DNA of 64,000 bases from Candidatus Latescibacterota bacterium (GTDB taxonomy: Bacteria; Latescibacterota; UBA2968; UBA8231), in contig OZ253462.1 in assembly GCA_965261395.1 (NCBI GenBank), forward strand, positions 6,400,001 through 6,464,000, given 5' to 3'. Within the stretch, counting starts at the first letter, position 1. The number at the start of each line of letters is the position of its first letter. Shown piece after piece: positions 56,409-64,000 of this stretch. Below the pieces are notes generated by a model. The model ran no database searches, was not told the DNA's origin, and worked only from the letters and a program-made list of their open reading frames with translations. A program made the position numbers and the translations under genes.

Positions 56409-58036
56409 CAAGACCGATCGCTACTTCTCTCTTCTATCGTCAAGTACCGATTGACCGGCAGGTCGGTAAAAATTTCGCGGTGCTGGTCGGGCCAGCGCAC
56501 TTCGAGCGTATCGACCCGCTTGACGCGCCCTAGCCCAAAGTGGAGGCGGCGGTCCTCGCTGGAGAGGAAACTGCTGCCGCAGATGAGGTCGCGAATCTGC
56601 GTCCGCTTGCCAGCAACGAGTCGCGCTCGGGCACCAATGCCATCGCGGTTGCCGCGCGTACCGACCAAGCGCAGGCCCAGCCAATTCTGCCGGTTGCCCA
56701 CATCGTTCCGCAACAGCGAGGGCCGGTCGTCGAGATTGGCAACGAAAACATCCAAGTCGCCGTCGTTGTCAAAGTCGAACATGTTGGCCCCTCGGCTGAC
56801 GCGGGGCACCTCGGAGCCAAGCTCGACCTGAGTAAACGTTCCATCGCCAACATTGGCAAAAAGATGATTGGGTTGGGCATACGTGCTGCCGCTGCCGGCG
56901 CGGGCGATCTGCGGATACACGTGGCCGTTGGCCACCAACAGATCGAGATCACCGTCGTTGTCAAAATCGCAGAACCCCGCGCCAAAGCCCACGTGCGCCC
57001 ACCCCGCAGGTGTCAAGGCAGCTTCCGCACTGACATCCGCAAAGGTGCCGTCGCCTTCGTTGCGATAGAGGGTGTTGTACTCGTCTTCAAAATGCGTGGT
57101 GAGCAAATCGGGGTGGCCGTCGTTGTCGTAGTCGCCCCAAGCCACGCCCATGCTCGCTTGGATTTGTCCGCTGCGGCCATAGGCCAAGTGGGCCGGGAGG
57201 GAGCGGTCGGTAAAGCGGCCATCGCCGCGATTGCGATAAAAAAAGTTCGGGCTGGAGTCGTTGGCCACGAATAGATCGGGCCAGCCGTCGGCATCCGCGT
57301 CCGCAAATAGTACACCCAAGCCGTAGCCTGGAGAGGGGTGGTTGAGACGCGCCCAAGCGGTGATGTCGGCAAACTCGTCGCCGTCGTTGCGATAAAACAC
57401 ATCCGCGGCCCCCATCAATCCCCTCGGGCCGACGAAGACCCCCACCCCCTTCCATTGCGCACCTAAGCGTTCGACCGCCGCGGAATCGAATACCGCATAG
57501 CTCGCCACGTATAGGTCGAGGTCGCCGTCGCGGTCGTAGTCGGCCCACGCTGCGCCCGTACTCCAACGGGGCGTAGCCACGCCAGCCGCTGCGGCCACCT
57601 CGGCAAAGCGGTCGCCATCGTTGCGGTAGAGCAGATTCTCCCGCAACTGGGTCGCGTACAGGTCTTGGTCCCCATCGTTGTCAAAGTCCGCGCTGGTTGC
57701 GCCCATGCCCCAGCCGCGGCCCGCGACCCCAAGTGTCTCGCCCACATCGACAAAGCCGGTCAGGCCGTCGTTGCGGTAGAGCGCGTGGCCGCCGCCTTGG
57801 CCATTGACCCAGTAGAGGTCTTGGTCGCCGTCGCGATCAAAGTCAAGCGCGGCGGTGCCGCCGCCTTTGGCCTCGGGGATATAGCCCTTTTCCAAGCTGC
57901 CGCTCGTGTGGGCGCGGGTCAGGCCGAGTTCGGCGGCAACATCGACGAAGGGCGCAAGCGGCTCGGCGGCGGCGCAGCAGGTCCACAGGATGGTCGCGCA
58001 AAGGCCGCCGGCTATGTTTGGGGAAAACGCGGACAC
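56405..58036 (-). CDS. CRTAC1-family protein (FG-GAP repeats plus ASPIC/UnbV domain)
   Basis: Multiple D(F/Y)DNDGDxDL repeats; NRDGIGAR...SFLSSEDRRLHFGLG...LEVRWP. GTG start at about 58036 is uncertain. Confidence 0.9.
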   Translation of the reverse strand: MSAFSPNIAGGLCATILWTCCAAAEPLAPFVDVAAELGLTRAHTSGSLEKGYIPEAKGGGTAALDFDRDGDQDLYWVNGQGGGHALYRNDGLTGFVDVGETLGVAGRGWGMGATSADFDNDGDQDLYATQLRENLLYRNDGDRFAEVAAAAGVATPRWSTGAAWADYDRDGDLDLYVASYAVFDSAAVERLGAQWKGVGVFVGPRGLMGAADVFYRNDGDEFADITAWARLNHPSPGYGLGVLFADADADGWPDLFVANDSSPNFFYRNRGDGRFTDRSLPAHLAYGRSGQIQASMGVAWGDYDNDGHPDLLTTHFEDEYNTLYRNEGDGTFADVSAEAALTPAGWAHVGFGAGFCDFDNDGDLDLLVANGHVYPQIARAGSGSTYAQPNHLFANVGDGTFTQVELGSEVPRVSRGANMFDFDNDGDLDVFVANLDDRPSLLRNDVGNRQNWLGLRLVGTRGNRDGIGARARLVAGKRTQIRDLICGSSFLSSEDRRLHFGLGRVKRVDTLEVRWPDQHREIFTDLPVNRYLTIEERSSDRSW

Positions 58037-58049
58037 TAAGAAACAGCTA

Positions 58050-60542
58050 CTAGTACACGCTGGCGACGAGTTTGGTGATCGTCGTTTGCTCGCCTTCGGC
58101 GTCAACTTCCACGCCGACGCGACACAAATACAGTCCCGGCGGCAGCAGCCGGCCCAGTCGGTCCCGCCCATCCCAAGTCAGCCGCTGTACTCCCGCAGCA
58201 GTCGCGACCGCCTGTTCGATGTGCTGCACTGACTGGCCATCTAAACCATAGACCTCCAGAATCAACGCCTTGGCTCCCTGCACTTGGAATATCGGAAAGA
58301 CCAATTCCACCACGTCGTTGATCCCGTCCCCATTGGGCGTAAACGGATTTGACGACGCGACCACTGGACCCAAAACCGCCTTGGTAAAAGGCGTAAACAC
58401 AGTCAAGCCACGACCGGCGTTGACTCCGCTATCCACGCGCTGCCACACTTGGTCGGCCCCTTGGCCGCGCCCAACCTGCACCCCAAAGGCATTGCTCACC
58501 AAGTAGAGCGCGCCGGAAAAGCGCAGCGATACGAGGTCCTGTCCCTGCACGACCGGCGCAGGCAGCCGCACCCACAGCGAATCCGGGCCGGTCGGCAGCC
58601 GCTCTAGCCGATCGCGTCCATACTGCTCCACACCCACAGCCCCGTCGATCAGGTCCATCTCCGTGCCCGGCGGCAGCTCCACCAGAATTTGGTCGAACCC
58701 GTTATTGCCGTCTTGGAACGCGGGCCGCAAGAGCAAGGTGAAGGTCTGCGGCTGCCCGCGTTGGAGCGTTCTGCTGGGGGTAATCTCACCACGGATCTGG
58801 CTGGCGAGGGGCGCGTCCAGCGCTAGGCGCAGGGAGCGCAGCAGCACGGCCGCGTCTGGATCGTCCGAGCGCAGGGTAGCCTCGATCATCACGTAGCGGC
58901 GCGGACTCGGCGAGGTGATGGGCGCGCCCGGGACCGAATAAGGCAAACTCCAAGGGCTCCAATCCGGACCGGGGATGATGGTAACAGTCGAATCGCCGCG
59001 TTGAAAGCTGAGCAGTTTACGGTACTTGGCCTCGTTGACTTCTTGGCCCGTGCTCGTGAAGTAGCGGATGTGCTGGTCGAGTTGGTTCCCACTGCGGGTG
59101 CGGACCCGCACTTGGGTGCCGGGCGGCGCGTTGGCCGTCCAGTGCATGGCCGACAGGATGCGGGCCGCGCCCCCCAATTCGATCGGCTCAGATATAAGCG
59201 ACACCTCGGGGAGAAAGCCGCGTCCGTATAGCTGGAGCTCGCGGATGGCGGGGCGGGCCGACCCTTGGACCAAGGTGTAATCCATCCTGAAGTAACGCGC
59301 CTTGGTCAGCGGAAACACATTGTCCTGAAAGAGAATGCTGCGATGCGCGGTGCCCTCGCCACCTTCCTGGCCACGCGCCGTCAAGGCGACGTAGCTCAAG
59401 CTGCCGTCCGGTGCGCGGCTGCCGTCGGAAAGTGCGATCCCATAATTGGGAAACGCTTGGCTGTACCTATCGCCAAAGACGATGGCAGCGCGGTTGACCC
59501 AGTACCAGGTTCCCAAGTCGAAATAGATATTGCGATGCGGATCCTGAAATACAACCGCCGGGTCGTTGAGGCTAAAGCCCACTTCCACGCTCCAGAAGGA
59601 CCCCCACTCGCCGTCCACGGTTAGCTTTTCCGCGCCCAAGTTGCCGTAGCCGACAATCTCCCCGCCGCGAGCTATAGCGCCAAGGCTAATGTTGTCGCCC
59701 ATGGTCCACACCTCGATTTCGGTCAGCCGCGGCCGCTCCCGGCGATAGTATTCGACCGGGCCTTGCCATTCCGCCGCAATGGCCTCGTATGTCGCTTGAT
59801 CTACTTGCCGCAAAACGCCGGAAGATTCGCGGCGAAAGTAGAGCACATCACCGCGCTCCTCCTCTGGCAGGCCGTTCCAGCGCGCGGCACTGATTTGCTC
59901 GGCTTGGCCCAAGTCGCTGGCCGTCGCCACCACCTGGAGAAACTGAATCAGACGACCGCTAAGCCCCGGGTCCACTTTGCGGGTAGGCTGCAACTCGAAC
60001 TCATAGACGCGCTGCAATTTGTTTAACCCCTCGCTGTGGCCGGCTGGCAGGTAGTTGAAGGACTTGCTTTGTAGGAAGGCGGGATCGCCATTGGCGGTGA
60101 GCACCTTGAACTGGAGGAATGGATCGCCCTGGCCTTCAACCGCGAACTTCACCACCACCTTCTGCGCCCACACCAGCCGGCCCAAATCGATTTCGATCCA
60201 CCACTTGTCGAGTGGGTCCGCCAAGTCCGGTTCCCAGAAGGTATCCTCCCGGCCATCTAGGATGTTCGCGGCTCCTGCTAGGTCGGTTCCAGCGCTGCGG
60301 ATACCTCCCTGCATCCCATCTCCATAAGTAAACGAGCTCGCATCCAAGGCGGCGTTGACCTGCTCGCGGACAAAGATGGGCCGGACGCCTTCGTCGCTGA
60401 AGTCCAAGCTGCCCGGCGGAAAGTTCCACGCCGGCCAGTGCTCCGGAGCGACGTCCAACCCGTTGTCGTCGAGTTGGTACGCTTGGCACCACGCCGCCGA
60501 TGCCATCAGCAGAGCCGTGCCCACAATCGCAACGCTTTTCAT
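58050..60542 (-). CDS. Large secreted protein with C-terminal FlgD-Ig domain
   Basis: Signal peptide, discoidin-like IDLG/FDLG segments, NPFTPNGDGIND...WDGRD..G.LLPPGLYLCRV. Confidence 0.8.
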   Translation of the reverse strand: MKSVAIVGTALLMASAAWCQAYQLDDNGLDVAPEHWPAWNFPPGSLDFSDEGVRPIFVREQVNAALDASSFTYGDGMQGGIRSAGTDLAGAANILDGREDTFWEPDLADPLDKWWIEIDLGRLVWAQKVVVKFAVEGQGDPFLQFKVLTANGDPAFLQSKSFNYLPAGHSEGLNKLQRVYEFELQPTRKVDPGLSGRLIQFLQVVATASDLGQAEQISAARWNGLPEEERGDVLYFRRESSGVLRQVDQATYEAIAAEWQGPVEYYRRERPRLTEIEVWTMGDNISLGAIARGGEIVGYGNLGAEKLTVDGEWGSFWSVEVGFSLNDPAVVFQDPHRNIYFDLGTWYWVNRAAIVFGDRYSQAFPNYGIALSDGSRAPDGSLSYVALTARGQEGGEGTAHRSILFQDNVFPLTKARYFRMDYTLVQGSARPAIRELQLYGRGFLPEVSLISEPIELGGAARILSAMHWTANAPPGTQVRVRTRSGNQLDQHIRYFTSTGQEVNEAKYRKLLSFQRGDSTVTIIPGPDWSPWSLPYSVPGAPITSPSPRRYVMIEATLRSDDPDAAVLLRSLRLALDAPLASQIRGEITPSRTLQRGQPQTFTLLLRPAFQDGNNGFDQILVELPPGTEMDLIDGAVGVEQYGRDRLERLPTGPDSLWVRLPAPVVQGQDLVSLRFSGALYLVSNAFGVQVGRGQGADQVWQRVDSGVNAGRGLTVFTPFTKAVLGPVVASSNPFTPNGDGINDVVELVFPIFQVQGAKALILEVYGLDGQSVQHIEQAVATAAGVQRLTWDGRDRLGRLLPPGLYLCRVGVEVDAEGEQTTITKLVASVY

Positions 60543-60549
60543 GGCAGCA

Positions 60550-61671
60550 TCAATGTGGATCGCCCACTCGCCAGCGGTGTTTTTCTACCCCATCCATGTC
60601 CAGCTCAATCCCCAAACCCGGCCCTTCCGGCAACACAATGCAACTATCCTCCACCCGCAGCGGCTCGGTGATGATCTCGTCCCGCCACGCAATACCGGTG
60701 ACGAACTCCATAGGGGCCACATTCGGTATGGAGGCCATCAAATGCGCGGCCGCTATGATGCCGACCGGGCCTTTGGTGTTGTGCGGCGATATGGGGACGT
60801 GAAAAGTGTCGGCAATGGCCGCGATTTTGCGCACCTCGGTAATCCCGCCGGCGTACATCAGGTCCGGTTGCGCCACGTCGATGCCGTCTAGCTCCAACAA
60901 TTGGCGGTAGTGGCTCTTGGTATTCAGCCGCTCGCTGCCCATGACCGGAATGGAGATTTCCCGCCGCACCTTGGGATAGGCGTGCAGGTCTTCCGGCGGC
61001 ACGGGATCTTCAAACACGTAGAGATCGTACGACTCTATGGCGCGGGCCAAGCGGATGCACTGGGCCACCGTGAAGCGGCCGTGGCAATCGATCAACAGCT
61101 TGACATCCGGCCCCACCGCTTCCCGCACTGCGGCGAAATGCTCTGCTGTCTCTACAGGATGGCCGTCGTCCGCGTACTGACCGAAGTCGGACCTACTCCG
61201 CGACCGCGCTCCACCCTTGAGCGCGGTGTACCCCTCGTCCGCCTTTTCCCGCGCCATGTTTGCCGAATCCTCCGGCGTGGCACCGCCAAAGTGCGTATAG
61301 ACCTCGACCCGGTCGCGGAACTTGCCGCCCAACAGCTCGACCACCGGCAGGTTCGCCACCTTGCCCTTGATGTCCCACAGGGCTTGGTCAATGCCGCTCA
61401 TGGCGCTCATCCACACAGGACCCGCCATGCGCCAGATGCCGCTCAGCGAGGAGCGCAGATAGAGCTTGTGCCACAAGTACTCGATGCGCGCCGGGTCTTC
61501 GCCAATCAGTTCCTGTTTGAGGTGCTCGATCGCGGCGACGACCACCGGCTCCTTTTGGGAATACGTGGCCTCGCCCAAGCCCACTAGGCCCTCGTCCGTA
61601 AAGACCCGCACAATCGTCCATTTGCGACCCGGCGAGTCGATCAGAATGGTGTCAATATCGCGTATTTTCAT
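60550..61671 (-). CDS. Mandelate racemase/enolase-superfamily dehydratase (galactonate dehydratase-like)
   Basis: TDEGLVGLGEA, SGIDQALWDIKGK, IDCHGRF, FEDP, GGITEVRKIA, PHN, GPGLGIE. Confidence 0.9.
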   Translation of the reverse strand: MKIRDIDTILIDSPGRKWTIVRVFTDEGLVGLGEATYSQKEPVVVAAIEHLKQELIGEDPARIEYLWHKLYLRSSLSGIWRMAGPVWMSAMSGIDQALWDIKGKVANLPVVELLGGKFRDRVEVYTHFGGATPEDSANMAREKADEGYTALKGGARSRSRSDFGQYADDGHPVETAEHFAAVREAVGPDVKLLIDCHGRFTVAQCIRLARAIESYDLYVFEDPVPPEDLHAYPKVRREISIPVMGSERLNTKSHYRQLLELDGIDVAQPDLMYAGGITEVRKIAAIADTFHVPISPHNTKGPVGIIAAAHLMASIPNVAPMEFVTGIAWRDEIITEPLRVEDSCIVLPEGPGLGIELDMDGVEKHRWRVGDPH

Positions 61672-61711
61672 CGCACTAATCTTCCTTTTGCATTGTGAAG
61701 GGGGACGCCGA

Positions 61712-62965
61712 TCAGAATACGGGTTCGGCTATTGACGGCTCCGTGCCATTATACGCCCATTGCAAATATACAGAGATGGTATTCCTCCCCTGTGCCCGTT
61801 CCCAGCGATGGGGTGTCAACACGCCCTGCACTTCTTGGTAGTGATCGTAAACAGTGATCCAAGTCGGCGGCTTCGAGTTGGGCCTAGCTTGCCTGAACCA
61901 TTGCTCTTCTTGGGGTGTCAGCTTTTCTCTGGTCACGGCCAAAAGCGCGGTGCGACAGTCAAAGAGCGCCTCGAAATAGTGCCCGAACTTCCGGTCATCC
62001 ACCAGCACAACATCAAAGCAAGCCCCGTCCCTACTGCGCTCTTGACCCAAGTAATCCAAGGCCACGCCCTCGCCCATAAAGCGGTCGATGAAATGCCAAC
62101 GGACCTCTTCGCCCCGGTGGCGCATGGCGGCTAAACTAGGAGGCAGGTTGCCTCCATACCGCCTCCAGCGATCGTTAAAGAGCTCCTCGAATATCCTCCG
62201 CTGTAGCTTGGGATTTTTGCTCACATAAGACGGGTTGGGGACCGCAGGGTCGAACGAAACCTCTACCTTGTATTTTTCTTTTGTAGAGACAGCGCGATCT
62301 CCCAATCCCTCGTAGTGCCAAGTTGCTACCGGATACAGATATGGGGTCACCGAAATCACCGTTAGGGCAACACCACCTTGCCAAGAAGGCATTTCTAACT
62401 CTTTTAAGCTCGCCTCTATCCACACCATCGCGCTCATTTCTCGTAATGCGAGCAGGCGCTTCATGCCGCCCATGGCCTCAATCGCACGCTCGACCACCTC
62501 CAAGGCCCGGTCGCGGTCTGCGCCCATATTGGCTAGGGGAAAGCGCGCATAGTCCTCGCGAAAGTTTTCCTCGGCGGCCATGTGCGCCAAGAGCAAAGAG
62601 TCGATATTCACATCGCCAGACCGCTCTATCCGCAGCCTCTTTTCCAAGTGAGCCATGTCGGCATGTACCTCGGGCGGCAACTGTTCCACAATCTCGCCAA
62701 GAGAAACGGATTCGGTGGGTTCCTGTGCAATCTGAGGCAGCGCAGACTCGACAACCAAGCGCTGCATTTGCCGCTCGCTCAAAGCAGGTCTAGTGGGATC
62801 AAATGCCCTCGTTTCTAGTGTGCGCGGCGGCGGCCGAAAAACCACCTGGAGGGCCGGTTGCGGGTCGGGTGTGGAAGGAGTCAACAAGACGACAGCTAGA
62901 TGCAAGAGGGCCGAAAGGAATAAGCAGACAGCCAATCTCTTGGTTTCTGTCGCGGACCGGTGCAT
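61712..62965 (-). CDS. Hypothetical membrane-anchored protein
   Basis: 417-aa ORF with a TonB-like SALLH TM anchor and VERAIEAMGG...DHYQEVQGVLTPHR outer-envelope-type segment. Confidence 0.65.
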   Translation of the reverse strand: MHRSATETKRLAVCLFLSALLHLAVVLLTPSTPDPQPALQVVFRPPPRTLETRAFDPTRPALSERQMQRLVVESALPQIAQEPTESVSLGEIVEQLPPEVHADMAHLEKRLRIERSGDVNIDSLLLAHMAAEENFREDYARFPLANMGADRDRALEVVERAIEAMGGMKRLLALREMSAMVWIEASLKELEMPSWQGGVALTVISVTPYLYPVATWHYEGLGDRAVSTKEKYKVEVSFDPAVPNPSYVSKNPKLQRRIFEELFNDRWRRYGGNLPPSLAAMRHRGEEVRWHFIDRFMGEGVALDYLGQERSRDGACFDVVLVDDRKFGHYFEALFDCRTALLAVTREKLTPQEEQWFRQARPNSKPPTWITVYDHYQEVQGVLTPHRWERAQGRNTISVYLQWAYNGTEPSIAEPVF

Positions 62966-62983
62966 ATCAATCTCTTTTCGTAC

Positions 62984-63979
62984 TCAGCGACGCAGACGAC
63001 CGTCTTCGATCAAACAGTCGAACACTTCTTGCGCCACAGTGCTGGCTACTTCTTGATAAAAATCATCGAGAATAGGTTCCTCGTCCACATTGAAGGCCGT
63101 ATTGACGCCGAGCCACTTATTCAACACCTCTTTGTCCTCAAGCGCATCTTTCATTACCAACAGCGCGCCGGTGCTTAGTTTGAATTGTTGCCGGTCCCTA
63201 TCCGTGCCGCATGAGTACGAGTCTGCTACGTAATCCAAAATATAGCGGGCGTCCTTGACAGATGCGATATCCGTGGTCCAATGGACGCGGCTGAACTGTT
63301 TGAGTTCGTCCAAGAGGGACGCTCGAATGGGCTCATGCATTGCAAGGAGCTTTTCCTTTTGTATATCCTCCTGACGCGAAGCGGTCTTAAGTATCTTAGA
63401 AAATATCCTATCGTCTATAAAAATTCGAGTGCGGACCATCATACTACGGGTGCGGCCTGGCTTGATAACTGTACTGGCCTGTAAGTCCTCACTGTTGCGC
63501 GTTTTCACCAACACAGTGAAAGTTCCAGTCGGGGCGTTCACCCCGCCCTCCTCCCCGGCTGGCTCTTCCGCCACCGGCGACCCGACGAATGGAACCAGCA
63601 GAGCCGCGGTATAATCCAAGGCTTGGAACTTGAGCAATTTGCTTTTGCTCGCCGCTTTGGCGATGAGCGGTTCCAGTCCAACGTTCTCTTCTTTCTTTAA
63701 CAGGTCGCCGGCCATATCCACAACCCGCACCAAGTACGACTTGGCCTCGCGCTCAGAAAAATGCGCTCCGTGCAGCGCAAAAAGCTGTTCGCCGAGTGCC
63801 GTAGATTTCTTGCAATGAGTCTTTAGGTCCCGCAACAATGAGACCAAGGAATCCCGGCTCACAGTAGCAGACAATCCAGACGCGGTACTGACATCCGCGA
63901 CGAACTCGTCCAACGTTCCCTTATCATCTCGTTCTAAGCGGTCGCGCAACTGCTCCAAAGATACGAGCACAAAATCCAT
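62984..63979 (-). CDS. Hypothetical protein
   Basis: 331-aa ORF in operon orientation; no family recognised. Confidence 0.65.
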   Translation of the reverse strand: MDFVLVSLEQLRDRLERDDKGTLDEFVADVSTASGLSATVSRDSLVSLLRDLKTHCKKSTALGEQLFALHGAHFSEREAKSYLVRVVDMAGDLLKKEENVGLEPLIAKAASKSKLLKFQALDYTAALLVPFVGSPVAEEPAGEEGGVNAPTGTFTVLVKTRNSEDLQASTVIKPGRTRSMMVRTRIFIDDRIFSKILKTASRQEDIQKEKLLAMHEPIRASLLDELKQFSRVHWTTDIASVKDARYILDYVADSYSCGTDRDRQQFKLSTGALLVMKDALEDKEVLNKWLGVNTAFNVDEEPILDDFYQEVASTVAQEVFDCLIEDGRLRR

Positions 63980-64000
63980 CTCTTGTGAAAGAGCGGCAGA

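Overview
GC-rich bacterial window. Several secreted FlgD-Ig/FG-GAP/ASPIC proteins and a sulfatase suggest an FCB-related lineage such as Ca. Latescibacterota (inference only). Bases 1-16.3 kb are an accessory region. It holds a decayed Rep-like gene with four 22-bp iterons, a DUF6883 gene plus a DUF4926-SNF2 helicase fusion, an IS630, a TIR plus membrane-protein pair, and a secreted HExxH protein broken by an IS903-group element. The rest is mostly housekeeping: a MacAB-type ABC system, two ABC exporters with DUF1854, cysH, a sulfatase, murD, argC, tatD, polysaccharide export genes, dut and a CoxMSL-like molybdoenzyme. Main results: (1) a 4.5-kb triceptide-type RiPP islet with an unannotated 56-aa precursor ending YDRQHHKHNKS, a radical SAM, an aKG-HExxH enzyme and a ParB-like/2OG-Fe(II) fusion, sitting between 314-bp direct repeats of an ABC gene 3' end; (2) two UGA-recoded selenoprotein candidates (ArsC-like and DUF5069-like), each followed by a SECIS-like hairpin; (3) two diverged copies of a structured ~180-nt leader RNA, each with its own promoter, that I cannot assign to a known family; (4) a Menshen-like defence triad and two other candidate defence modules; (5) a recurring 22-bp site at cassette borders. 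All family assignments come from motif recognition by eye, not from database searches.
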